From positions 369,334,001 through 369,398,000 of the forward strand of contig OZ024741.1 in NCBI GenBank assembly GCA_964016885.1: DNA of 64,000 nucleotides, given 5' to 3'. Below, piece after piece: positions 1 through 12,659 of this stretch. The number at the start of each line of letters is the position of its first letter. Within the stretch, counting starts at the first letter, position 1. Below the pieces are notes generated by a model. The model ran no database searches. It was not told where the DNA came from and saw only the letters and a program-made list of their open reading frames with translations. The stretch comes from Eledone cirrhosa (taxonomy: Eukaryota). Made by a program: the position numbers and the translations under genes.

Positions 1-1880
1 CTCAATTCAGAGATCCTTTCCTGAGACATTCTAACCACATGTCTGTAGTATCAGAGCTGTGATCTGACAATTCAGAGATTCTTTCTCTGAGCCATTCTAA
101 CCACATATCCATAGTATGAGAGCTGTGATCTCTCAATTCAGAGATTCTTTCCTGAGACATTGTAACCACATGTCATAATATCAGAGCTGTGAACTCTCAA
201 TTCAGAGATTCTTTCCTGAGACATTGTAACCACATGTCATAATACCAGCGCTGTGAACTCTCAATTCAGAGATTCTTTCATGAGATATTCTAACCACATG
301 TCATAATATCAGAGCTGTGATCTGTCAATTCAGAGATTCTTTCCTGAGACATTCTAACCACATGTCTGTAGTTTCAGAGCTGTGATCTCACAATTCAGAG
401 ATTCTTTCCTGAGACATTCTAACCACATGTCTGTAGTTTCAGAGCTGTGATCTCATAATTCATAGATTCTTTCCTGAGACATTTTAACCACATGTCATAA
501 TATCAGAGCTGTGAACTCTCAATTCAGAGATTCTTTCCTGAGACATTCTAACCACATGTCTGTAGTTTCAGAGCTCTGATCTCTCAATCCAGTGATTCTT
601 TCCTGGGACATTGTAAACACCTGTCCATAGAATCACAGCTGTGATCTCTCAATTCAGTGATTCTTTCCTGAGACATTCTAACCACATATCCATAGTATCA
701 GAGCTGTGATCTCTCAATTCAGAGATTCTTTCCTGAGACATTGTAAACACATGTCATAATACCAGAGCTGTGATCTCTCAATTCAGAGATTCTTTCCTGA
801 GACATTCTAACCACATGTCTGTAGTTTCAGAGCTGTGATCTCTCAATTCAGGGATTCTTTCCAGAGACATTGTAAACACATGTCATAATACCAGAGCTGT
901 GATCTCTCAATTCAGAGATTCTTTCCTGAGATATTCTAACCACATGTCATAATACCAGAGCTGTGAACTCTCAATTCAGAGATTCTTTCATGAGATATTC
1001 TAACCACATGTCATAATATCAGAGCTGTGAACTCTCATTTCAGAGATTCTTTCATGAGATATTCTAACCACATGTCATAATACCAGAGCTGTGAACTCTC
1101 AATTCAGAGATTCTTTCATGAGATATTCTAACCACATGTCATAATATCAGAGCTGTGAACTCTCAATTCAGAGATTCTTTCATGAGATATTCTAACCACA
1201 TGTCATAATATCAGAGCTGTGATCTCACAATTCAGAGATTCTTTCCTGAGACATTTTAACCACATGTCTGTTGTTTCAGAGCTGTGATCTCACAATTCAT
1301 ATATTCCTTCCTGAGACATTTTAACCACATGTCATAATATTAGAGCTGTGATCTGTCAATTCAGAGATTATTGCCTGAGACATTCTAACCACATGTCCAT
1401 AGTATCAGAGCTGTAATCTCTCAATTCAGAGATTCTTTCCTGAGACATTGTAAACACATGTCATAATATCAGAGCTGTGATCTCTCAATTCAGAGATTCT
1501 TTCCTGAGACATTCTAACCACATGTCTGTAGTATCAGACCTGTTATCTCTCAATTCAGAGATTCTTTCCTGAGACATTGTGACCACATGTCATAATATCA
1601 GAGCTGTGATCTCTCATTTCAGAGATTCTTTCCTGAGACATTCTAACCACATGTCTGTAGTATCAGACCTGTTATCTCTCAATTCAGAGATTCTTTCCTG
1701 AGACATTGTGACCACATGTCATAATATCAGAGCTGTGATCTCTCATTTCAGAGATTCTTTCCTGAGACATTCTAACTACATGTCCATAGTATCAGTGCTG
1801 TGATCTCTCAATTCAGAGATTCTTTCATGAGACATTCCAGCCACCTGTCATAGTATCAGATTTATGATCTCTCAATTAAG
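1..1880. repeat. Tandem minisatellite, 64/65-bp unit, about 29 copies (open at window start)
   Basis: Unit ctcaattcagagattctttcctgagacattctaaccacatgtc(tgtagt/ataata)atcagagctgtgatct; period 64 at 901/965/1029/1093/1157. Minus strand translates as IERSQL(R/*)YYGHVVRMSQERI. Confidence 0.97.
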
Positions 1881-2140
1881 AGAAGTATCAGTTCTACCTG
1901 GAGTGACTCTCTGATCTCTAAGCTACACTCTATCGAGTAACGTTACTTCACAGACCCTTCGGAGGAATCCCATTGCGGCCACTTATTTTCTTTCGGTCTA
2001 TACCCAAGATTTATGACCACAGGTAAGGGTTGGCACAAAAACTGTATTGAAGACAGCGAGTTTGGTTTTTACACCTACTTACCTTCTTCTGATGACTGAA
2101 TGTTGAAGCTGGCACATTACTACACCAGCTCCTGCACAAT
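1880..2140 (-). mobile_element. Decayed RTE-type LINE RT C-terminal fragment, contiguous with the minisatellite
   Basis: Minus-strand translation ..KTKLAVFNTVFVPTLTCGHKSWV..AAMGFLRRVCEVTLLDRV.. resembles the RTE KxxxYxxxxxPxLxYGxExW...EMxFLRRI region; contains stops. Confidence 0.75.
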
Positions 2141-2271
2141 TGATGGAATAAAAAATCAATAATTTTGAAGATAATGAATCAACTGACCTCAGGTAGATAT
2201 GTTGGTTTTTCACCTACCTCCCTTCTGATTAATTTACTAAAAACTGCTTTGTTTTTTAAATATATTTTTAG

Positions 2272-2396
2272 TTGGAAATAAGTGCGATGATGAAGAGAAA
2301 CGAGTGGTTCTTACGGAAGATGCCCAGAGGTTTGCTAACCAGATGGGACTACTGTTATATGAGGCAAGTGCTAAAGAAGACATCAATGTGGAAAAG
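2272..2396 (+). CDS. Rab35: Rab35-like GTPase, penultimate coding exon (G4 NKxD and G5 ExSAK motifs)
   Basis: tttttAG acceptor at 2270-2271, GTAAAT donor at 2397. Translation (V)GNKCDDEEKRVVLTEDAQRFANQMGLLLYEASAKEDINVEK matches Rab35 VGNKNDDPERKVVETEDAYKFAGQMGIQLFETSAKENVNVEE from memory. Phase 1 start, phase 0 end. Confidence 0.92.
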
Positions 2397-2519
2397 GTAA
2401 ATAAGTGGTTTTATACCATTTACATCCATACACCATACCATCCACTGTTAAACACACTACAGTACCACCTTACTATCCATTACTATATACAGTACCACTT
2501 CTATAGTCAGTTATTGTTT

Positions 2520-2632
2520 ATATTACTACAACTACTATTACTACCACTACTATTACTATTATATCTACTACTATTACTACTACTACAACTATTACTACTA
2601 CTACTACTACTAGTATTATTACTACTACTATT
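2520..2632. repeat. (ACT/ATT)n trinucleotide microsatellite
   Basis: Direct reading; it explains the poly-Leu/poly-Val ORFs. Confidence 0.95.
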
Positions 2633-3010
2633 TTTTCAAATTTCATTTGAAAAGGAAAATCAGGGTAGAGAGGAAAGTGCTCTCTTCCCAGCATTTTTTT
2701 GAAAGATGGGAGAGAGGCAAGAATGGCCCGAGTGAATGGACCTACTCTGGATATATGCCTGTAAATTGAAGGTGGAAAACTGGGAGAGGGCACTTGCCCT
2801 GGTGGTCAGGGTCGCCATGCCCTCTTTTTAATTGGTTTTCTCCACGATGGCCCTCGGAAGTCTCCCCGATTGGGGAATTTTCATTGTTCTTTTTTTGTTA
2901 CATCCTCTGTAATTTGCTTTTTTTTTACATGCAGAAATGCCCATTTGTACCGTCCTGTATTGTCCCCAATGTCTACTTTGTGTAAACCCTTGTGGTTAAT
3001 AATGAAAGCA
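2632..3010 (+). mobile_element. 3' end of a Tx1/L1-like LINE (same family as 16085-17232)
   Basis: aaatttcatttgaaaaggaaaatcagggtagagagg...aagaatggcccgagtgaatggacct aligns by eye with 16865-16995. Confidence 0.75.
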
Positions 3011-4150
3011 TTATTGTTGTTATTTATATTTGCGTTCCAACGTATTTTAGTGAAGGACTTTTCAATCTCCAACAGGCCTCGTACTGGGTTTACCTTGTCA
3101 TATACAGTGAACTTTGGTGGTAGTTGTAGAATATGTTGTTCTTGTTCGCTGGTTATAGTGTTACCATAGATATTTAGTGTCTGCTCTTTGGTAAACTCTG
3201 TAGGTAATGTGACATCTGTCATATGAATATTGTTAATCTTGTCGGGGTATTTTTGTAAGTTTTCTTGTCTCTTTTCCTGTTGTTTTTTGTCCTTCATCCA
3301 TCTTAATTTTTTATTAAAATGCTTTTTACATTCGTTTTGAGCATATTTTGTTTCATGCCGAATGATATTCATGAGTTTATTTATCTCGTTTGGTGTGGTG
3401 AGATTTCAAATTTTCTTAATATGTATGTGTTTCTGTTAGTAAGTTCATATGACAATGAATATTTAAATAATTATGACCTTAGCGGTTTCTGCCCAGTAGA
3501 CCTATAAGAGGTAGACCCCCCCCCCACAATAACCTCAATGGCTAGAAAGATTCCCATGGGGAGATGGAATGGATGGACCAAAGCCATATGGACACCCAAG
3601 AACAATGATCAGGTGAGAAAAATGGGCACACATGCAGTAGGGGCTAGTATTAAAACTACCCTAAAGGGCCATATATTTAAATTTAATGAGAAAATTTACA
3701 CCCAGGATGAGGGAGCAGCCATTGGTGTTAGCATAGGGGCAATGTTGCCAATCTATTAATGGTATGGTGGGAAAGGAGACTCAAAGATCTCCTTGAAGAG
3801 AGCTCCATAGACCTCATCATGTACTCTCGTTACGTAGACGATATTAATATAGTAATAAGGACACCCCCACAAGAGAGTACTAACGAACATGATTTAGAAT
3901 ATAGCACAATGGAAAGCATCTAGCAGATAGCTAACTCCATACACCAGAGTATAACTGTAACTGTTGATTACCCTTCCAAACACCCTAACAATAGACTACC
4001 TGTATTAGACACGGAACTCTGGATTAACACTATAGACGAGTGTGCCCTAATTATCCACTCACACTATGCTAAACCCCTGGTCTCCAAATACTGATACACA
4101 AAAACTCAGCAATGTTTAATTAAGTTTAATATTCTGATTGCAGACTTATT
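3010..4150. mobile_element. Decayed PLE: N-terminal piece on minus (3010-~3428), RT piece on plus (~3428-4150); family of the 62074-63975 ORF
   Basis: Plus: RPPTITSMARK..RWNGWTKAI..GAAIGVSI..YSRYVDDI..VDYPSKHPNNRLPVLDTELW, matching the 62074 ORF. Minus: LQLPPKFTVYDKVN..EIEKSFTKIRW, a typical PLE N-terminal motif. Confidence 0.85.
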
Positions 4151-4186
4151 TTGTGCACAAAATCAGAGACAAGCTTACATACTGAG

Positions 4187-4278
4187 GCATATCTGAGGAT
4201 CTTTCGATTCCAGAGTCAGGTTCAATCAATAATAGATCGTTCCTCGAGTTGATAGATAGTGAAACATATGTAATATGT
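4187..4278 (+). ncRNA. Hammerhead-like motif with long stem II
   Basis: gcatat-CTGAGGA-(61-nt imperfect stem II)-GAAA-catatg-TA-atatgt; stem I gcatat/atatgt; palindromic acatatgt loop III. Same family as 25938-26250. Confidence 0.6.
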
Positions 4279-5715
4279 AATTAAATATGTTATTATGTAA
4301 CACTGACTCTTTGTTCCTTTATTTCTATACTATTATACTCTGCTCTGCTCGAGCATACAGTGTTCACCCGGCATACCGCCTACAGATGCAATTATCTTGC
4401 ACCTACATACCTATGAATATATATATATTCATAGGTATATATGTGTATACACAGAAATATCCACGGTTAGTTGTCTAGTCCGCATGTAGAACTCAATGTA
4501 ATCCATATGTTGAAAATGTTGTAGGTTAAAATAAATTCTGGAAAGCAATAAAACAATAAAACATCAAAAGGAAAACAGTCATGATATAAAGTTCAGGAAA
4601 CACAAATCTGATTTCCAAAAGGTATTAGACTCTACCCTTTTGCAACTGAAAAATTCAAACAAGGTCCATGTCCATTCTGACAAAACTGGTAATCTGTACC
4701 ACATGGACATCGATAAATATAACCAGTTCGTTTATAAAGAACTTAGAAAAAACTCTAAGAAAACCAGCACCACCGCACTGACATCCTTGAACAACATTTC
4801 ATGTGATACAGTAAAAAAACTCTATATTGAAGATAGGACGGAGCCTTTCACATCTAAAAGCCCGCACTTCAACCTGAATGACCACAAATCTGACTTTAAT
4901 TCGAACCCATCTATTAGACTGATACGCCCATCAATATCGGTATTATCAGCAAGAAAATTATTGATCGTCTCATTCCGCAAATTAGAAAATTTGTAACACT
5001 TCCATTACGGGATAACACTTCCCAGATTATTGAATGGTTCACTAGCATCGAGAATAAAAACTCAGCTTCATTCATACAATTCGACATTGATTCTTACTAT
5101 TCTTCGATTTCTCCAATTCTCTTAAACAAAGCACTGATCTTCACCAGAAATAGATCGGATTTATTTACTGAGGAAATCAACATCACAACTCACGCTAGAA
5201 AAACCTTACTAAACTTCCAAGAAGAACACTGAACAAGAAACACATATAACAACTTATTCGATATAACGATGGGATCCATGGACTCTGCTCAAGTTACAGA
5301 CCTCATTGGACTATTTCTCCTCTATAATATTCATTCCTCTTTTCCCCACCTCAAAGGTGGTCTTTATCGGGATGATTGTCTATTGATATCTAACAATCTT
5401 AGCAATTCTAATATAGAGAAAAACAAAAAACAAATTAGAAAATTCCTTAAGGACTATTACAACCTTAACATCACCTGTAAAAACACTTCAAAAGTAGCTA
5501 ACTTCCTTAGACCTCTCTATGAATATTTATCAACCTTACCACAAACCCAACCAGAATCTACACTATGTACATTCACGCACTAACCACCCTGGCTCTATAC
5601 TAAAAAACTTAGTATATAACATATCTCTTAGACTTTCTAAATTATCTTCTAATGAGGATATATTTTATAAAAATGCACCCTTCTACAATGAGGCCCAAAC
5701 TAGAAGTGGATTTAA

Positions 5716-8255
5716 CCCTTTAGCATTCACATTGAATTGTCAAATGTCATGTTCATCTATTCGCATTATTTTCACTTAATTATACTCAAGAGGGTTATCA
5801 ATTTTATTTGTTTGTAATTACTTTAATTTTCTATGTGCAGACTTGAAATTTTGTCAGTAGATGTTTAAAGAACTATAATTTACAATTATATATTTTTACC
5901 TGATTTTTTTTTGTTAAATTTGACTTTTATGGGTAGGTGAAATTAATTAACAGGTGTAAAAGTAATAACTTTATGGATAAACACAAAAATTTAAACTTTA
6001 TCTGCCTTACCTGTTAGATTTGTTGCAAAAAAAATCCAATAATGACCTAGATGCTGATTTCCATCAATTCTAGCAGTTTTCCGAACAGGTGAATTAATTA
6101 AAAATGCAGGTGTAATCAGTACAAGGTTTTAGTCTTTCTCTACATTCCAGGCAAATATTTTCATTGGAAAAAATGTATAAAACCTTTTCACCAGTCAAAA
6201 TAATATTGGCAATGTACTCTTACACAATGTACGGTGTAAATTTATGTAACAGAATGTTCCCAATATATAAGTTCATTAACAGGTGTGACACAGGTGAATG
6301 CAGGTGTTTTTGTATATGTGTTCTAATATATTTTTTAAATATTGTTTTCAATATTGTCAGACAATATTTCTATCGTGATACTGCCCAAAACACCCTTTAC
6401 ATAATGGCTCTTTGCAAAAGGAACACATAAATAGAGTTTGGATTGCGTAACCTTTAACAGTTTTTTTTTCTTTTGCAAAGAGCACAATCGGCAAACCTTC
6501 CTCCTACCATCAATTCTCTCCACTTTGTAAAAATCAACATTTTCTTTGTGAACCACTGCTAATTTTGATTTTTTTCCCAGCTTTGTGTTTGAGAGAAGTA
6601 TATCTTCCACGTAGCTGGGATGCAATGTCCACACGAAACTTCATATGACAGTAGTCCTTTGGTGGTGGCGGATCCTTGTGGCTTTTAGTAAATACAATAA
6701 AAGAATTTACAATGGTTAAATTCACTAAAAACCACAAGATGTATCTCCACAATTTCTTTCCAGGTGCCCAACTGGGTAATATACACAATGCTGGTCAGAT
6801 TTGTCAACCCCACCCATATATTTATTGTAGGAGAGTTTAACTAAAGGTCTACCCTCAGCCCCAACACCTGGTTGTTGGTTAGAATTCAGGAACAAAATTT
6901 GCCGTTTGTCTTTGAACACTGTGGCTAACATGTTCCCTTTTTGCATTTGGAGAATGTCCCCTCTGTTTTCAGTTTCGCAACTTTTATTTCTTGGGATAGC
7001 CCTTTCCGATTGCTCATTATTGTGCTGCCGGTGTACGTATTTACAAGGGCAAGATCCTCTGCTAAAAGCACCGAAGAGAAAAAACGGTCAAAATAAATAT
7101 GTCTGTGTTGAGAGTGAAAGGGTTGAGTCAGCGACCGCACAACATCATACCCCAAGCCATATTTTCTCTCTCTCATGTATTTTTCCTGTGTAAACATAAA
7201 GTTTACACAGTATCCTGTGTCCGATTCACACAGTTCCCACACTTTGATGCCCCATTTGGTGGGTTTAGCTGGCATATACTGTCTGAAATGAACCCTACCC
7301 TTATACCCAATCATAGCTTCATCAACACTAAGATTTTTTCCAGGTATATACACACTTTTAAATTTTTCTGACAACATTTCAATTAATGGTCGTACTTTGT
7401 ACAGTGGGTCGTAATTTGATTTATTTCTACCAGGGGCATTTGAAGTATCAACCAGATGCAAATACTGGTTTAATTTGATGAATCTCGTTTTAGCCATAAT
7501 ACTATATATATGAGTCACCAAACCTTATATCAGTACTCCAATAATTCCACAGTCGTGGAAATTGTTTAATACCAAACATAATGTTTATGGTAAAAAACGC
7601 TTTCATTTCGGCAGAATCTGTCGGACGCCATAACAGATCAGGTTTTTCGATATTAGAAATTTGTTGTTGTGCATAGCGATTTGTCTCTTCTGCCACAACT
7701 TCGAAGAAAGTTTGTGGTAAAAATAAAAAAAAATAATCCAGAGCTTTAGCATCGGGTGGTAATGTGTGTTGTGGTCCAGTATTTTCAGTAAAATCTGAAA
7801 CATGTATTGGTGTTGTTTCTTTCAACCACGTTGGTGTTTTTTCAATGGTGTCAGTCAAATCTCTTTCACTTTCAAAGTGACTATCATCATCATCAGATAT
7901 ATCAGAAATAAATATATCTGATTCGTTTGAAGATAAATCACTAATATTATCTTCTGTTTCTTTTTGATCTCGAATGTCGTCGGACGTAAAACCTTCAAAT
8001 TCGTTGTCGCTACTTTCGGAAGCCATGTTACACTTTCAACGTTAAAAACACGTGTTATCGCAAGTTCTTTAACTATACTAAGAGTTAATTTTCGCGCGTA
8101 AGGGCTTTTTCTCGCAGTAATCTCGAATTGACAAGATTTCGATGATGTCAATGTTTATTTTTAGGAGGAGATCTCCGTGTGGTATTAAATGTCGGTTTTT
8201 ATCGGTTTGAATAAATGAAAGGGGACATAATCTTGTCGGTTTGAATGCTAAAGGG
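5716..8255 (-). mobile_element. piggyBac (PGBD4-like) DNA transposon with frameshifted transposase
   Basis: 14-bp TIRs CCCTTTAGCATTCA (5716-5729) and TGAATGCTAAAGGG (8242-8255); flanks TTAA/ATAA. ORF pieces: SVDEAMIGYKGRVHFRQYMPAKPTKWGIKVW, YFDRFFSS, YNKYMGGVDKSDQ, C-terminal CRLC. Confidence 0.95.
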
Positions 8256-9009
8256 ATAAAGAAAAAATTTCATATATCCCCAACGCTACTATGGACCATA
8301 CTACAAAAAATACCATTAAAAAAAATGCCTAATGGGGTCATTCCTATCACACCAAACAACCGAAAAACTACAACAACTATTACTATACGATCTATGATCA
8401 TGTTATCAACTCACATATGACACCCAAACATTCAACCTCTCATAATCTACCCAATAATAACACCAAATACAACCACTGCAATTTACCAAATTCCACGAAT
8501 ACAAATACTAACAACAAGAATTCTTCTAGAACACAGCACATTAATATAAGTGGGAATAAGAACTTAACTAAAAACCGCAAATGAAACATAACATGGTACA
8601 ACGCACCCTTCAACCTGCAAACTATTGGACAAATCCCCAAAAAATTCTTCGAAATTCTACATAAACATTTTCCACCAAACCACAGATACCACCAAATATT
8701 TAACAGGTATACTGTTAAATCTCATACTCTACATCAAACAATCTCCAGCAAAAAATAAGCAACTACATTTATAAATTTAAAAATATGACCACACCACCAC
8801 AACATAATTTAAATAAGACTGCACCTTTTAAAAGGACAAATAATACAATCCTTCAACCTGGAAAACACAACCACCCAAATCACCAACACAAAATCACAAT
8901 ACAACCCCAGCACTAAATCACCCACAAAGCAGCATTCATTCTCTCGCTAACATTAATTACAATGAGAATAGCTCAATGATTAATGAGAACCCAACAACCA
9001 TCTTACGTA

Positions 9010-9400
9010 TTTCATTTCATTTCATTTGAGTTTGAGTCCATGCTCAGGCCAAGTCGAAGACTCCACCCTCAGAGTCTGGTGTGGTTGCCAGGTTGGATTC
9101 TCTGTTTAATTTTGACATGTGTAGGAGCAAGTTTGAGTCGGTTTGTGCTCGTTGTGTATATCCTGGGAGATGGGGTTCATCTCTAATGGTGCTTAAGTAT
9201 CTATCCAGCTGCAATTTGAATGATTCCACACTGCATCCTGATAGATTTCTGACATGTACCGGAATGAAGTTGAATAGTTGTGCCCCTCGAACCAACAGAC
9301 TTGACTCTCGCAGGGTTTTTGCTGCCTGGCCAGCCTTTTTGTTGATTGGTGGTAGCTAGCAGCGTCTTCCGTGGCACAGTGAGTGGTAGGTTTTGATACC
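9010..9400 (-). mobile_element. CR1/L2-group LINE 3' fragment
   Basis: VRGAQLFNFIPVHVRNL..FKLQLDRYLSTIRDEPHLPGY..SNLL, similar to the end of the 46638 element; (AAATG)n tail at 9010-9027. Confidence 0.8.
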
Positions 9401-10201
9401 AAAGTTTGGCACCTTTTGCTCTATCATTTTCCAAATGTATATAATTCGGTATCACTCAAATCTTCTTTCTATTGAGTACATCTTCAACGTATGGTTGTAC
9501 TTGCAGAAATAGAAACGTTTGCCCCATAAATGGCAACTGTTTGATTAATAATGTAATATATAAATGCACTGTGTCTACTACTGACTCCAACAAATCATAG
9601 GATCTACATCGAACACATTTAAGAAAAGATATTACGCACACTCCAGTAGCTTTAACAATACTAAACTAGCTAACACATCTTTAGCTGAAGCAGTAAATAA
9701 CTATAAAAAGAAAAAAATAGATTTCAAGCTATCGTGGGATACCATTCTGCAAAGAACTCAATATCTTGGGAACAGGAGAGAATGCAGATTATGTTCCGGG
9801 GAGATCTTGGAAATTACTAAATCTAAGGACGATTTATTGAATAAAAGACAGGAACTGATTATAACACTGTATACGAAAAACATTTAAGTACTATAAACCT
9901 AATTAAACATTCTAAATAGCAACTCACTATAATTCTATGTAACATACCATTTGTTAGTATCCCCTTCCCCTAATTATACGCCTTCCTGTTTATTTTTTTA
10001 TTTTTTAACCTTTTAATTTTTTAGCTTCCATAGATTCATGCGTTACTGACTAAGGGCATCAAGGTACATAACCACCTGTAATTACATGGGTTTACATGTA
10101 TCTATGTATGTATGATAAGAGAATATATATATATGTATATATATATGTGTATGTGTGTGTATGTACATGTATGTCTGTGTACATCTATATTTGTATGTAT
10201 A

Positions 10202-10247
<46 letters not shown>

Positions 10248-10937
10248 TGTGTGCGTCTATGTATGTTTATGTATATGTTTATATCTATGTATGCGTATGT
10301 ATGTTTTTAATGGAGCATCAATGTAATTATACCTCTATCTATATATGTGAATATATTTACTTTTGTGATCTAAGAAAATTATGCGTTTTGACTATATGTC
10401 AACATGCATTTATCTGAGTTTGATTACTTATACATAGACACACTTGAAAATATTTACTATTTTATATTTTATGATGCATCATACGCTATATTATACTATA
10501 TACAATGTACCATATTTTATTTATTATCTTATAATTTTCATCTTTTAATATACTATCCTTCCTAGTTATGACCATTACTTTACCTATCTATATTTATCCT
10601 AATTATCTCTGTATATTTTATAATTACTTCTTTATGTTCACCTAAAAATTACATACAACACAACTCAACATTTAATTTTTACATTCCTTTTTAAACTTCA
10701 CTCCACCATCTACATTCCACTTTCAATATAACAATCCCTTTTTCCTCATAGGTTCTTTATAGTAATTCTATTTTTAACACCATTCAACATTTCCTTTCAA
10801 AGGGTCATGACCTCAACTAAAGTGAGTTATATTTCATCTTAACATCATATGGCAAAAAACCATTTGATTGGTTTGTTCTTCAGCTACCTCCAAATAAGGT
10901 CATAGAACTCAATTTACTATTGATTTTGAATAAAATT

Positions 10938-11080
10938 TTCATTGCTTTTGACAATGGCTGATGATATACATGTAGGTAAATATATTCCTTATCTGATATT
11001 TTGTAACTAACCTTACATAGATCGATAACAAAATATGCGTACAATGTATTATCACCTAGAAACGATCGTAAAGCAGTGAA
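10938..11080 (+). ncRNA. Hammerhead ribozyme, U3-A8 core variant, long stem II
   Basis: ttcattgctt-TTGACAA-tgg..cta-GAAA-cgatcg-TA-aagcagtgaa; 10-bp stem I, palindromic acgatcgt loop III; lies at the 3' end of the PLE. Confidence 0.75.
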
Positions 11081-11246
11081 GTATATTTCTAATGACTTGA
11101 ATTTTTATTTCATTGTTTTAACTTATATATATATATATAAACGGATGACGATTTGTCATCGACACGGCACAGCTTCTAATTGGCCTGTTTGTTTACAAAC
11201 AAATTGAATATTATTATTAATCTTCGATGTAACCCATATGTATATA

Positions 11247-11293
<47 letters not shown>

Positions 11294-11419
11294 GAAAAAG
11301 TGGAGAATAACATGGTCAACAGTACAAAAAAGTGATTCTGTTATAAATATAAATATATGCGTAACTGGGAAATCTGAATTTGTGAATTTGCCGGTTATGC
11401 ATATATTTATATTTTTTCT

Positions 11420-11528
11420 CAGTCTCTGAAGATATGATGAAGCCAACATGTATTTTAAATTGAGTGGCACTACTTTCAGTGTTTAGCAATTTTTAGACAA
11501 CTCTATCAGTGAAACAATTGTTAGACTG
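11420..11528 (+). ncRNA. Hammerhead ribozyme with long stem II, inside fold-back 11293-11580
   Basis: cagtct-CTGAAGA-..-GAAA-caattg-TT-agactg; perfect 6-bp stem I; 11293-11332 is the reverse complement of 11541-11580. Confidence 0.72.
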
Positions 11529-11737
11529 TAAATAAATCTCCTTTTTTGTACTGTTGACCATGTTATTCTCCTCTTTTTCATTTTTATTACTCCAACTTAC
11601 ATAGGAATACAAGTGAAATCATAAACTCGTCATCTACGTAAACCTCTTGGTGAGTCAAACATCGCCGTACGTTAAAACTATCCATAATAAGAAGTATTCA
11701 CTACCTCTAATTGGATTACTTATAAAGATATCTTGTT

Positions 11738-11740
<3 letters not shown>

Positions 11741-11812
<72 letters not shown>
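11741..11812. repeat. (CT)n microsatellite
   Basis: Direct reading. Confidence 0.98.
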
Positions 11813-11814
<2 letters not shown>

Positions 11815-11905
11815 TAGCAAAAGGGATATTTAATTTGTTGGTAATTCAACAAATATATTTATAACAGATTCGAAGCACTCAACAGCTTTTCTGGAGTATA
11901 ATATT

Positions 11906-12270
11906 CAATGATATTAATAAATGGAAACTATATTTATGAAACCATATTTATTCTATTATATATATTTCAAGGGTACCAAAACTTTGGTACGCTCTCATCA
12001 GATAAAATACAAAGTTTGTTTAATAAATATTGACATATCCAGGAAGAAGATCTTAACAGTTCAAGTTTTTCCTGGAAGTTTTATCGATTCAAGTTTTACC
12101 CAGGAAAAACTTGAACCGTTAAGATCTCCTTCCTGGATATGTCAATATTTATAAAACAAATTTTATATTTTATCTGATGAGAGCATACCAAAGTTTTGGC
12201 ACCCTTGAAATATATATAATAGAATAAATATGGTTTTATAAATTTAGTTTCCATTTATTTAATATCATTG
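11906..12270. mobile_element. Fold-back (~165-bp arms) of a PLE-type 3' end; HHR on each arm (11950-12008 minus, 12167-12225 plus)
   Basis: attttat-CTGATGA-gagc(g/a)taccaaagttttgg(t/c)accctt-GAAA-tatata-TA-atagaat; arms reverse-complementary around a ~25-nt spacer. Confidence 0.85.
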
Positions 12271-12282
12271 ATATATATATAT

Positions 12283-12613
12283 AGGCGCATGGCTTAGTGG
12301 TTAGAGCATTGGCCTTGCAATCAAAAGGTTGTGAGTTCAATTATCAGACCGGGTGATGTGTTGTTTCCTTGAGCAAGACACTTTATTTCACATTGCTCCA
12401 GTTTACTCAGCTGTAGAAATGAGATGATAGGGACTGGGGTCCATATCATTCCACTGCAAAGTGGTCATGGAGGTGCCACAGCAAAAAAGCACCCAGCACT
12501 CTCTGTAAATGAGGTTGGTGTTAGGAAGGGCATCCAGCTGTAGAAATCAAGCCAGAATCAGTTCCCGTCCCACCCTTGCAAGCAGGGAAAAGCGGACGTA
12601 AAATGATGATGAT
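12283..12613 (+). mobile_element. tRNA-derived SINE with CORE-like body and RTE-derived tail
   Basis: A box tggcttagtgg, B box gttcaattatc, ccttgagcaagacacttt core; tail ggtgttaggaagggcatccagctgtagaaa...ggacgtaaaatgatgatgat shared with RTE 3' UTRs here. Confidence 0.85.
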
Positions 12614-12659
12614 ATATGTGTGTGTACCTATGCATACTTAGATATATGTATATACATAT

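Larger units (their letters stand above)
4570..11110 (+). mobile_element. Decayed PLE (RT, GIY-YIG, long AT-rich 3' region, HHR), interrupted by piggyBac and a CR1 fragment
   Basis: SDKTGNLY..LNDHKSDF..IRLIRPS, FIQFDIDSYYSSIS, TMGSMDSAQVTDLIG, GLYRDD, ITWYNAPF, IGSTSNTFKKRYYAH (about 9595-9640); paralogous to the 51392 ORF. Confidence 0.88.

Noticed and set aside
1-1880. CRISPR array or ribozyme array
   Set aside because: Units are head-to-tail with no unique spacers. The minus strand has CTGATA..GAAA but no CUGANGA core or stem I, and LINE origin explains the unit.
2304-2702. 132-aa ORF with poly-Leu as a membrane protein
   Set aside because: Only the first part is the Rab35 exon; the rest is read-through past the GT donor into an (ACT)n repeat.
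11906-12270. MITE or miRNA interpretation of the short palindromes
   Set aside because: No TSD or DNA-transposon TIR signature. HHRs, one-sided tails in related structures and identity of 18518-19060 to an ORF-bearing PLE end favour retroelement fold-backs.
12283-12355. tRNA genes at SINE heads (also 19735, 32685, 34692)
   Set aside because: A/B boxes are present but there is no complete cloverleaf, and each runs into a SINE body.
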